Shown here: positions 52,239-64,000 of the stretch, one piece after another
How positions within the stretch are numbered: position 1 is the stretch's first letter
Layout: every line of letters starts with the position of its first letter
Source of the DNA: Lama glama
Lineage: Eukaryota
Assembly (NCBI GenBank): GCA_028534125.1
Contig: CM052816.1
Location: 16,246,001 to 16,310,000, forward strand
Length of the DNA: 64,000 nucleotides
Direction of reading: 5' to 3'
Position numbers and translations under genes: made by a program
The notes under the pieces: model-generated
The model's input: the letters and a program-made list of their open reading frames with translations, nothing else
Told to the model about the DNA's origin: nothing
The model's database searches: none

Positions 52239-52322
52239 TCTTTTCTTTTTTTTTTTTTACATTTTTTATTGATTTATAATCATTTTACAATGTTGTGTCA
52301 AATTCCAGTGTTCAGCACAATT
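52239..52322 (-). mobile_element. 84-bp 5'-truncated young L1 3' tip inserted in a MIR
   Basis: Nearly identical to 62357-62432. Exact 17-bp TSD tgacccatagttttctt at 52222 and 52323. Confidence 0.9.
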
Positions 52323-54199
52323 TGACCCATAGTTTTCTTAGCTCTAACTGGGGAAATAATAATAAGTATCTACTTTGCAGGGTAATTGTTGTGAATTATC
52401 AGTTAGAATATATGAAAGGTGCTTAGGTTCCTTCACAGGATAAATGCTGAGTAAAAAGTGGTAATGATTGTTGGTAGTTTATTTGGCTAACTTTTGTTTG
52501 TCTTACATGTCTGGTATGTGTTGGGCTCCATCCTAGGCATGGCATAAAGAAGTCCTGGTCTTGAGGTGCTCAGTTTTCTTGTCACTTTTTCTGCTATTTG
52601 TCTGGTTCTGTGTGATCACATTTCAGTAAAACAAGGAATCACCTCGGGAGGGTCCAGATCAGATGTCCACTTGGTGATGCTTTGTTCCTCTGGGCCTCTT
52701 CTTCCTTCTCTGGCCCATAGCCTCCCACATGCTTTGATTCCTGTTTGCTCCCTTCTTGGGAGTGGAGGGTGCTCAGCTCTTGGTAAGGTAGCCCTGCTTT
52801 TTGATAGGACTGCACCATCTGGAGCAGCCTTCTCTTTTTGCTGCCGCATGAGTCTCCATTTTTGGTGGTGAACATTCCTGGCTCCTATTCCTTAAAACAC
52901 TCTACTGTTGCTGCTACTTTTCCTTTGTAAAATATTGTGTAAGGTGGTTGACATAAAAGATACCATGAAAAGTAAGCTGGGTTGTGTTTTCTGTAAAGGT
53001 TTGTTCAGTATTGAGTTAGTGAAATAAAATGCTCTCCAGTAGTCTTGAGGGTGGGGAAGGGAATGACCTTTGTAATGGGATTGTATTTGGTGGAGGTCTT
53101 GGGGAAAGTTGATTTATTTGATTCCTGGGTGGGTGAAAGTGAGGATGGGGGAAGGACAGAGCCTTTCACATTTTCTGAACTGGAGCCTATATTCGCTGAG
53201 AAGATGAGATGATGTGTTGGTGTAGAGTATCTCAAGCTGGATATGCAGGCCCTGACCTGTGCCCATGCTTTCTTCCTCATTCAGAGGGGTAGGGGTTGCC
53301 ATGATGAGTTTGTATGTCTCTTCATTCACTCACCATTTAGTAAGCTATGTGCAGTGCATTCTGTAGGAAGAAATAGAATTCCTTTTCTGCTAATTATTAG
53401 TTTTTGACCCTATCCTGGAACTTCTGTGACTGAACTTTCCTCATCTGAAAAAGATGCTGGGGCAGTTAGGATGAAATGAGATAATGTACATCGTGTGCCT
53501 GGCATGTGATAGGAGCTCAGTGAATCATGAGGATTCTAATGCCTTCAAAGAATTCAAACCTCATCAGGTAGAGAAGCCAGTTGGGACCAGAGGTGCTGGG
53601 AAAGGCTGGCCAAGGGCATGGAACTATGAGATTGGAATTGGGTTGTTAGGGAATATTCCTGGGTAAGGTGTTTGGAGTCAAGCCCCAAACTATGTTCCTC
53701 ACTGGGGAACATGAGAATAGATGGAAAGCAATAGACAGGAGGCTTCAGTGGTAACCCAAAAGAACTATTGTCTCTTTCTTCCCCATCAGGAAAGGGGTTG
53801 GAATTGTTAGAGCAAAGTGGCTGGGGCCCTGGCTCTTTTAAGTCACAATGACCCAGGTTCCAGCCCTGACCCTACCATGTACATGCTGTGTGGTCTTGGG
53901 CAAGTCACTTCATCTCCTCTCTGAGTTTTGGTGTCCTCATCTGTAAAATAAAAATCTACCTGTAGTATTGGGTGAGGATTGAATAAGATAATGTATGTAT
54001 AATAGTTGGCACAGTGCCCTTCACATAGTATGTATTCAGTAACTTACAGATGAAGAATTTCTCTTAGGAAAAGAAACTCTTCTGAACTTCTGTAGCCAGA
54101 TATGTTTTTTGAAAAGTCAGTCTACATCCTGAAATTAGTTATCAACTTTCCACAGTAAGTTCTTAAGGAGCACACAGCTCTCCTGCCTTTCACTGTCTG

Positions 54200-54700
54200 C
54201 TGACTTACCATCATACTTAGAATTCTAAGTTCTAAACTCCCTTCCCTGGTTACAGACCTTTACTGAGCAGATCCTTGCCTGCCTGCCTTGGCAGCCGCAT
54301 TTCCTGCACTCTTGCCCTCAACTTTGTTTTGACCACAGTGACCTTTCTGTTCCTCATGTAGAAGGCCTTTACTCCAACTGTTGCCTGGAATACTCTTCAC
54401 TCATATTCACTTCTTCACTTAATTGGCCCTTGTCATTCAGATCTCATTTCTGCTGTTACTTAGGAGAAAGGTCCTTCCTTGTCTCCTGTATAAAGTAACC
54501 AGTTATGTCACCATAACAGCCATCTGATAATTTTTCTTGTTTGTTTGCTTCTTGTTGACTCCGTTTTTCCTTTACCACAATGTAAGTTACATGAGAACAG
54601 AGACCGTGTCTGTCACATTCACAGCTGTATTTCCAGAGGTATGAACAGTGTCTGGCATATAACAGATGATCAGAGAACATTTATTGAACGAATGAGCTTG
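54200..54700 (+). mobile_element. L2 3' end
   Basis: 'gcctggaatactcttc...aatgtaagttacatgagaacagagaccgtgtctg...acagtgtctggcata...atttattgaacgaatga'. Confidence 0.8.
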
Positions 54701-57700
54701 TGAATGAGAATGGATTTTTGGTATTAGGCTGAGTACATAGGTTCTCACATTCATAATGATTTGTTTCCTGAATAAATGTAATCAGGATGATTTTCTTTCT
54801 TGTATATTACTTATTAAATGTCCTCCCCTTTCCCCTCAACTATTAATTGGAACCTTCTAAGGAGAGGCTATTTTTCTCTGGCTTCATTTTATGTGGCTTG
54901 CTTTCTTCCTGGCTTTTTGTTATTGGAAAGGGGAGTTTGTGGTTATTGGGCTTTGGGCATTGATTTTTAGGTTTTCTGTTATAAGGAAGCAAGCTTTAGT
55001 GCATTTAATTGGAATAAAACAAACACAGAAGCTCACCAGGATGGCAAATTTATCTCACTCTGATTTTCAACTGACACTTTTTACAATATTACCTAAGTAC
55101 AAGAGCGTTAGACGAGAATTGACAAATTGACAATGGACAGATAGATACAAATTCACAGAATGTGAGTGAGTAGCAGGGTGAGACATGGAGTGGGCAGAGG
55201 GAATAGTGCTTCTCTTTCTGGCAGTGCCCTGCTTTTCTCATGCGAAATACTAGTGTTATGAGTGAGACTCTGGTCCAGTTGACTGTTCCCCTTGCAGAGG
55301 GCCTTTAACCTAGGGAGCTGTAGGCTGTGTATAGGCTCAGTGCTGGTGTGCCCACCTGGTAAGTCCTAGGCAGTCCTTTTTGCTTTGTGAGGGAAGCGCT
55401 CCAAGCTCCTAGATTAAGGAATGTGCAGAACTCCAGGCACCTTTGTAAGTGTTTGGATCCTAAATGTTATTAGTGCTCAAAGACCTGGTCCTGGATTTAG
55501 AGAATGAAATCCCAGGCATGTATATGAGTAGGAGAGGGTGTCTGGAGCAGGGTAAGCCAGCAGACATGGGCTTACATTCCTAAAAAGGTTCTGTGTTTAT
55601 TGAGAACTATAGCCCTGCAGATACTGGTCTTCATTCATTTCCAAGGCCCCCTTTCTCCCACTCAGAGCTGCCTTTTCTGTCTCCTTGTCTAACGACATGG
55701 TTATATTAACCTGCCTTAGATATTATTGAGTGTTCACCATCTGTAAAGCTCAGTAAAGGAAAGACATTGGACAACTCCTTGTCAGTTGTCTCCTTTGCTG
55801 ATTTTCCTCCTTTGAAGGACTTATCCCTGTGGCTAACTCAGGGTATTTGGTCACTCTTGCTACTACTAAGTCAGCGTCTTAACTTGATACTATTATTGAC
55901 CGTCCTCCATCCATCTGGGACCATCTTTAATTTATGTGTAAAGTTACCTAGAAGCCCACTTGTAGTGAATCCCCCTAACTCAGTTTTTTTATGTAAGAAT
56001 TTCGGCTTTAAGCCAACAAGACAAGTATTTGGAGATTCTGGTACCAGAAGGTGGCTTTTTTGGTAGAACAGCAAGTGGCTCTCTGAAGCAGCTTTCTTTT
56101 GGCTCAAAAATCATTACTTCTCACTTATTTCACCACCTCTCTTCCAGTTTTTCCTGAGGTGATGATTATCTCTACCCCTTTAATCTCTCTCACTTGCTGT
56201 ATTTCCTGACCCTTCTGTTGTTTCTGCAATTCTTGTTCGAAGGAGTGTTTTCTTTCAGAATTTTCACAGCTTTCTTCTGGACAGGATTATGGGTAACATG
56301 TTAGGCTCCATCTCCGTTTCCCCCAGGCTATATAATCTGTTTTTCTGTGTGTGTGATTGTAGAAATTTGGGATGGGAAAAGTGTACTGTTATACTCTCCC
56401 ACCCCGTTTTGACTGTAATCCATGATTCTGAGTCATTTAGAGGTGGATCAGCCAGGGAGTCCCCAAACCAGGGATGATGATGGCCTAAGTTTCAGGTAGC
56501 TTGTTAGGCTATCTATCTATCTATCTATTTATTTATTTATCTATGTAGATTGAGATGTTTTTTAATTTGGGTTTTTTTGTTTGTTTGTTTCGGTTTATTT
56601 TTTGGTTAAAAAGTAAACCAACTTATATCTCTTTTTATTTTTATTTGCATTGAGTTTCTTTTCTTTCCATAAATCCTGAGTGAGAACTTCAAAATCATTG
56701 GCCAATCTTTGTGTTCAAAAGGATTTGAAGGATCAGGCCTCCCAGTCCTGTCCCCATTTTCTTCACCTGTGCATCTGGTAGACTAATAGACTATGAGAAA
56801 CAGCTCTCAAATGTCTCTCTTCTCTTACACATGCTTGCACACACATGAACATGTTCATTTTCTGAGGAATGAACACTTCTCTAAGAGGAATCCATCTTGT
56901 TTCATGCAAATGCCCTCCATTACAGCAAAATTCAGGAGACTTTGAAAAAGGTAGAATTAGTGAGGTTTATTCCTCCCTCCTCCCCAAAGGCCTCAAAGCT
57001 CTTAAAATAGACCTTAAAAACCCTGCTACTCAGAGCTTCAGCTCTGAAGGCAGACAAATTGCAAACCTGGTGCAGTAAGACTCTCCTCTCTTCTGATCTT
57101 TTTCCTTTTTCTCTCTCAATTTTTTTTTAACATCCCCTTTCATGGTCTTACCTAGAAGATTCAGTCCTTCCTTGCCAGCTCTTAGCAGGAGAAGCAGCAG
57201 GGCTTTGAGCCTTAATTTATGGTTTACATTTCTTCTCCATTCCCTTTCTTTGCTACCCCAGTTTCTCATCCTGACCCCTACCCCATTAGAATGGACAGTG
57301 TCCTCTTATGTGATATGTAGCTTTGGAATTTGATGTCATCAGTACTAGCCTAGTGATTTGGGTAGAATTTGGGAGCCTGTTTTGTGCATGTGCTGCTAGA
57401 TGAGGAAATGGGTTTTCTTTCTCTTTTGGTACCATCTTTCTTTTGCTTTGCCTGTCTAGCCCCAGTGAGCTCTGTTGCTAGGGGAAATGGAGAACTCTTT
57501 ATCTTGATTAATTCTGGGGTATTATCTATGAAATTACAAAATAGCGTTTCATAGCAAGATGTCAGAGTTTCCCTGCAGTTCCCATGGAAGGAGCAGACCT
57601 TTCAGTTATATTTTCAACATCTTTGGGGGTCCGTTTGAAGAAAGCTGAAGCAATAATTAGGACTAAGCAAAGAAAATGAATTTGGAGCCAGAGTATTTTA

Positions 57701-59507
57701 ATAAGAAGCTTGAAAAAAACAGAATCTGTTGATACATAATAAATAGGAGCTTGAGCTTTGTTTTCTTCTTACTTATTGCTTCTCTTTTTGCATTATTATT
57801 ATTTTTGGTTTTCTTCCCAAGACTTGGAGACTCTCTGTTATTTCCTTGGTAGTAGAATGAGGATCTTGTTGGTGACAGCCTGCTGAGATTTAGGCAGGTA
57901 GAGGGAGCAGAAGTGGGCTTGCTTCGGGTACTGCTAAATCCAGGGGTTTTGGTTCATCTGGAGAAGGGGTAAACTTGCTTTCATTTTTAGATTCATTTGT
58001 ATTCCCCCAAGGAGTCCTTGGAACTGACTGTATTTTCCAGATGATTCTTTCTGAGAAATGAGGAATGAAAGAAATTTCCTGGATGATTCAAAAGCATTTT
58101 TGCTAGTCTTCCCTAGCAGTTAGAGCCTCAAGCCGAAGATATGTGGGTTTGTCTCTGTAAGATCTTTTCTATGTCACAGTAGTAAGGCCCCCAATTCATT
58201 TGGGAGCCAGGTGGTTTGATATAGTTAAGATCTTGGGCTTTGGAGTCAGATTTGCTTTGTAATTCTGCTTTGCCCCTGAATAGCTCTGTGACCTTGGAAA
58301 AATGACTTTACCCCTCTGAGTCTTAGCTTTCTCGTATGTAACAGTATAACAATGGTACCTATGACATAGGGCTGTTGTGAGTCCAGTGTCTGGTGAGTAA
58401 ATAATTTCTAAATGTAGTTGTTATTTTAAGACACTGAAGGAATATCAGATTGAACCTTCTTGGCAAGAGAAAAGAAGGTAGGAAGTCGCTAGAAAAAACA
58501 TGAAGGAAGGTATGAGGTTCAGGGAGAGAAAAAAGCATCTAGCGAAAAGAAAAGAAAAACTCTGGGTACTGTAATGAGTTGTCTATTGTTTTACTACATT
58601 AGTAAGTCCAAAGTCTTCTCCTTTGCTAATCCAGCAAGCTGATTGTTCTCCTGGAAACCCACAGCTTGTTGCTGGCTCCTCGGCCGAGATTTAACAGCCG
58701 CAATGTCCTCCATTACCAAGATATCATCATTTTTATGAAACATACTGCTGTGTTTCACCACCTGTATTTTGAAGGGGTGTAAATAAAGCTCATCATACTT
58801 GTCAGAATAGGTTCAAAAAGTGTGTTTTGGGATGCTGTACCTTTGCCCTGGTAATATGTTTATTAGCTTGCTTGTTAATTCCAGGATTGGTTAACTTGAG
58901 GCACCTCTGTGCCAGCCTGCTCACACTGACACTCATCTACAAGGCTTTGACAGAAGGGCTCAGTGTTGCTCTCTCCTCTCTGTGTCCCTGAGAAGTCATC
59001 AAGTGGTGAACAGGGGGCTGGGGGAGGACATTATAGCTGATAATCTTCCCCAAACATGTTTGTATGGGAAAGAATAAATCATGGGCTGAATGGAGCAGAG
59101 CACCAGAGGTTAGAAGCTTCTCAGTGTTATAGAAAATAGTCTAGTGCAAATAAGTTAGATGAAAACTTTTGTTAGACACTTTGGTTTGCTTTTTCATCAG
59201 GATGTTGGACTGTGGACTGTTTCTCTCCAAACCTGATAGTTAAAGCACTAAGATGTTATTTTGGCCTCTGATAAGCATTTGCTGTGACATGGGGGAAGGA
59301 AGGAGAGAGGCTTATCTGGGGGCATTGCAGCAGAGGAGCTGTCAATGCTGATTACTTCTGGTCTTGGTAGAGTCATCAGTCAGACAGTGTGCAGGTCTGG
59401 CTTAGGGAGGCTGTGTGCAGAAAAAGAGCAAGAAACAGGGCTCAAGAATGCAGACCTAGAGTCTTAAGGACCCAGGTTCAGCTCTTGGCTTTGCCATTAC
59501 TATCTGG

Positions 59508-60375
59508 GTATATTAATTTCTTGTGGCTGCTATAACAGGTTAACACAAGTTTGGTGACTTAGAACAACAGAGATTTATTCTCTTCTAGTTCTGGAGGACA
59601 GAAGCCTGAAGTTAATATCACTGGGGTGAAATCAAAGTGTTGGCAGGGCTACATTCCCTCCAGAAGCTCTAGGGCAAAATCTGAACCTTACTTCTTCAGC
59701 TTCTTGTGGCTGCTGGCGTTCTTTGGCTTGTGGCCACAGCACTCCTTTCTTTAAGTTCAGCATCTTCAAATCTCTGTGCTCTGTTTTCACATCACCTTCT
59801 CTTCCGTGCCTGTGTCAAATCTCCCTCTGCCTCTTTCTTATAAGAACATTGTGATAGGATACAGTATTTAGGACTTATTCAGATAATCCAGGATAATGAT
59901 TTTAAGATCCTTAACTTAAACACATCAAACACATCTGTGAAGACCCTTTTTCCTTATAAGGTAACATTTAAAGGTTCCAGGCATTAGGAGATGAATGTGT
60001 ATGTCCCCTCAAAATTCCTTTGTTGAAGCCCTAACCTCTGGTTTGGCAATATTTGAAGTAAGGAAGTAATTTGGAAATAATTAAAGTTAAATGAGGTCAT
60101 AAGGGTGGGCCCTGATTTGATAGGATTAAGGTCCTTAGAAGAAGCAATATACTAGAGAGCTCCCTTTTTCTCAGCGTCCATGCACTGAGGATGTCACATG
60201 ATGCCAGGGAGAAGGTTGCTGTGCGCAAGCCAGGAAGAGAGCTCTCAGTAGAAACCAAATCGGCCAGAACCTTGATTTTGGACTTGTAACCTCCAGAACT
60301 ATGAGAAGATAAGTTTCTATTGTTTAAGCCACTCCATGTATGGTGTTTTGTTATGGTAGCCCTAGCAGACTAATA
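59508..60375. mobile_element. Two MLT1-type LTRs abutting head-to-head (minus ~59508-59990; plus ~59990-60375)
   Basis: Left: 'tggctgctataacagg...ttctggaggacagaag'. Right: 'gtcccctcaaaattcc...cctccagaactatgagaagataagtttctattgtttaagcc...gcagactaatat'. Confidence 0.8.
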
Positions 60376-60994
60376 TGAGGGGTATAACCTGATTCATACC
60401 CACTTCTGCCCAGATACCTGGGGAGAAGCTTGGACTCTGAAATTGTTACCAATTACCTTTCAAGACAGTTGGCTGTGTTGCTGTTTTCCCATGGTTAATT
60501 GTAACTCCATAATGAAGCATAGAAGAATATTATTTTTACAGTGGTATTTAGTATATGATAGCTATTAGCCAAAAAGGTACATGTCTCCAGCGAGGTACTG
60601 TAAATACATTTTATCTATTCTATTACCTGCTGTTTCACAAACACATCCTTGAAGCATTTTAATCTTGTTTTTCATACTTGTCTTCAGGTGAGGAATTGTT
60701 CTGATTTGCAACGTTGGAGGATAATTACTGTGTTCATTAATTTCTGTTCTTTTCTTCCCCTCTATTTATTACTGTTTTCTTGAGAAAATTTTTTCCTAAA
60801 TCCACACTAGTGGAAGCAAGTCACTTGATTAAAAGAGTGTTTTACAACGGTGGTTTCTGTAGCTTCCTTGGCACACTGATGGGAGAGCTGTGTCAGCATC
60901 TTCTTACCTGAGATAATCTCCCTGGTCTAGGCTCAGATGAATAAGAGGCTTTTGGGGGACCTCTCACATCAGGCTTCATTGCAGAGGGCCCTGC

Positions 60995-61068
60995 CCTTCC
61001 CTTCCCTTCCCTTCCCTTTCCCCTTCCCTTTCCCCTTCCCTTTCCCCTTTCCTTTCCCCTTCCCTTTC
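60995..61068. repeat. Polypyrimidine simple repeat (CCCTT/CCCTTT/CCCCTT)n
   Basis: Directly visible. Confidence 0.95.
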
Positions 61069-62356
61069 TTCACTGGGGTATTCCTGGGCAAGGGGCTGAA
61101 GAGGCTCATTTTCTTATCAGAGATTTAATCACAGATGTTAACCGAGCATGTGTTACATACAGGACATTGTGCGAAGCACTGTGGAGAACATGGTTCTTCG
61201 ATCTTAGCGGTACTCAGTATACGTTGATTAAATGAACGTGTGGCTGGATAGAGTGGCCTTCGCATTCAGAGAGACTGGAAGGGTAGGCCAGGACTTTGGT
61301 GCCTAGGGGCTAGTGGATGAAGGATGCTGCAATATCCCTGGAAATGTAACAGAATTGAGTATCCTGTTGGGGGCCAAAATGCTTTAGCACTTGGATCTGC
61401 AAGAGAAAACAGTAGAGGAGAAAGGCTGTGTGAAGGTTGGTTTGTTTTGCGTTTAATTTTTTTCTAGTATTTTGGCCTCAAGGGTCCCCTCTTTTCATTG
61501 TAGACAGGGACTGTTATGTATGTTTCTCGTAAGTGCAGATGTTTCATAAATGTCAAGTGATCACCCAAGACAGATGGAGGAGATGGAAAAATAGTAGCTT
61601 AGACAAGTTGGCTAAGGATAGGGCAGAGGCAGAGATATACGTGAGTTAGATGCCTGGGAGAGGAACTGAAGAAAGTGAGAAAATAGAAGACAAGAAAGGA
61701 TTTGAATTAATCTGGAACTGAATGAGAACCCAGTTGAGAGAAGTCTGATTTGGGCTAGTTACCCAAGGGAAGAGGACTGGAGGGATTCTATCTGTGAGAA
61801 AGAGGAGCGACAGAGAGGAGTTAGCCTGGAATACTGGGGCAAAGGGGAATACTAGGAAGAATGACTTAATTCTTTTCTGCACCACCTACACACCATGTAT
61901 CTCTCCTTTATGACACTTGTCATATTATGTGACAGTTATTTGTATGCTTTTTCTTCTCCTAGAAGGTAGGTGAAGGGGCTCAGTCATCTCTGTATTTCAG
62001 TTACCTAACACTGTGTCCATCACACAGCAGGTGCTGCGCAGGTGACTGATGAACATGCTCGAGGTTAAAGTCTGGGCAAGTCATCCATTAAGAATGGAAT
62101 GTGAGGGGTTGGGGCAGGGGAGAGGGGAGATGAGCACATAGCTGGCTTGGAGGGTGAACCAGGTTAGAACGGAAAAGTGAACCTGAACAAAATCTAAATC
62201 TTTCAAGAATTTACTATACATTTCTTCTGTGTCAAGTTAGATGTGGTCTCTATCCTTATGATGCTTAAAGCCTTGCAGTGGAGGCTATATAAGAAAGTGT
62301 AGTAAGTGCTATGAAGAGGGAAGTATGGGTGCTGTGGCAGTGCCTAATTGAGTCTT

Positions 62357-63533
62357 TCTTTTTTTTTTTTTTACATTTTTTGTTGATTTATAATCATTTT
62401 ACAATGTGTCAAATTCCAGTGTTCAGCACAATTTTTCAGTCATTCATGGACATATACACACTCATTGTCACATTTTTTTCTCTGTGAGTTATCATAACAT
62501 TTTGTGTATATTTCCCTGTGCTATATAATAATCTTGTTTATCTATTCTATAGTTTTGAAATCCCAGTCTATCCCTTCCCACCCTCCACCCCCCTGGCAAC
62601 CACAAGTCTGTATTCTCTGTCTATGAGTCTATTTCTGTCCTGTATTTATGCTTTGTTTTTGTTTGTTTGTTTTTGTTTTTTAGATTCCACATATGAGCGA
62701 TCTCATATGGTATTTTTCTTTCTCTTTCTGGCTTACTTCACTTAGAATGACATTCTCCAGGAGCATCCATGTTGCTGCAAATGGCATCATGTTGTCGGTT
62801 TTTATGGCTGAGTAGTNNNNNNNNNNNNNNNNNNNNNNNNNNNNNNNNNNNNNNNNNNNNNNNNNNNNNNNNNNNNNNNNNNNNNNNNNNNNNNNNNNNN
62901 NNNNNNNNNNNNNNNNNNNNNNNNNNNNNNNNNNNNNNNNNNNNNNNNNNNNNNNNNNNNNNNNNNNNNNNNNNNNNNNNNNNNNNNNNNNNNNNNNNNN
63001 NNNNNNNNNNNNNNNNNNNNNNNNNNNNNNNNNNNNNNNNNNNNNNNNNNNNNNNNNNNNNNNNNNNNNNNNNNNNNNNNNNNNNNNNNNNNNNNNNNNN
63101 NNNNNNNNNNNNNNNNNNNNNNNNNNNNNNNNNNNNNNNNNNNNNNNNNNNNNNNNNNNNNNNNNNNNNNNNNNNNNNNNNNNNNNNNNNNNNNNNNNNN
63201 NNNNNNNNNNNNNNNNNNNNNNNNNNNNNNNNNNNNNNNNNNNNNNNNNNNNNNNNNNNNNNNNNNNNNNNNNNNNNNNNNNNNNNNNNNNNNNNNNNNN
63301 NNNNNNNNNNNNNNNNTGGAGGATTGCTTGTTTAGGTCTTCTGCCCATTTTTGGATTGGGTTGTTTATTTTTTTCTTATTGAGTCGTATGTGCTGCTTAT
63401 GTATTCTGGTGATCAAGCCTTTGTCGGTTTCATTTGCAAAAATTTTCTCCCATTCCATAGGTTGTCTTCTTGTTTTACTTCTGGTTTCCTTTGCTGTGCA
63501 GAAGCTTGTAAGTTTCATTAGGTCCCATTTGTT
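62357..63533 (-). mobile_element. Young 5'-truncated L1 spanning an assembly gap
   Basis: ORF2 C-terminal peptides on both sides of the gap ([55 protein letters not shown]). Poly(T) tail; 13-bp TSD ctaattgagtctt at 62344 and 63534. Confidence 0.93.
62817..63316. other. Assembly gap (500 N)
   Basis: Run of N. Confidence 1.
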
Positions 63534-64000
63534 CTAATTGAGTCTTCTGAGGTGTATCAGCAAAAGCCTCCTGGATGAAGTGTCTTTTAGATGAGATGTC
63601 TTTTAAACAGATCTTTAAGATGAGTAGGAATTTGCCAGGTAAAGAGGAAAGGAAACAGTTCTAAGCAGACATGTGCAAATGCCTGGAGGTGGGAGATAAG
63701 ATGTCTTTGAGAGTTGGGGAAAAAAAATCCATAAGGCCAGCTATAGACAGGGAGAGGGAAGAGAAAGCTGGAGACATTGATGGGGCTGGATGGTGGAAGG
63801 CCTGGTTCTGGAATTTGGCCTTTTTCCTGAGGCTCTGGAAGACCATTGAATGGTTTCAAGCAGGGGAGAGTAGGATCAAATCCATGCTCTGGCTATAAAA
63901 TAATCCTGCTAACATTTAATCAAGGTGTGTACTTGTAGTTCGCTGATCTTTTACCCTAAGACCCTCTGTCACTGCAGTGAAGTCTGTCCACTTGCTCCAA

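Noticed and set aside
56036..56049. 14-bp palindrome TTCTGGTACCAGAA
   Set aside because: Several palindromes of this size are expected by chance in 64 kb.
62680..63518. Longest ORFs in the track (188-238 aa)
   Set aside because: Inflated by the N gap; the real parts are L1 ORF2 fragments.
1..64000. CRISPR array, operon or prokaryotic defence system
   Set aside because: No regularly spaced repeat-spacer array or gene-dense region; the DNA is clearly mammalian.

Overview
Mammalian genomic DNA, most likely a camelid, because it carries four tRNA-Ala-derived SINEs matching the camelid Vic-1 type. It is dense in old repeats (MIR, L2, L1M, MaLR/MLT1, hAT MERs) and has a few young L1/SINE insertions with intact target-site duplications (TSDs). 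I can support no intact protein-coding exon. The only recognisable protein homologies are a processed HSPE1 (chaperonin-10) pseudogene (minus strand, CDS 16567-16875, three premature stops) and L1 ORF2 fragments. One CpG-island promoter at about 34.4-35.2 kb gives an ATG-less first exon on the + strand (donor after 34749). The remaining ~29 kb looks like 5' intron of a gene or lncRNA I cannot name. Several repeat-free blocks carry homotypic transcription-factor motif clusters: three perfect octamers in 144 bp, and a 20-bp word repeated 804 bp apart with related copies elsewhere. These suggest developmental enhancers. There is a 500-N gap at 62817-63316 inside a young L1. I found no CRISPR array, no functional RNA gene and no convincing novel system. 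Repeat family names come from recalled consensus sequences, not a database search, and old-repeat boundaries are approximate.
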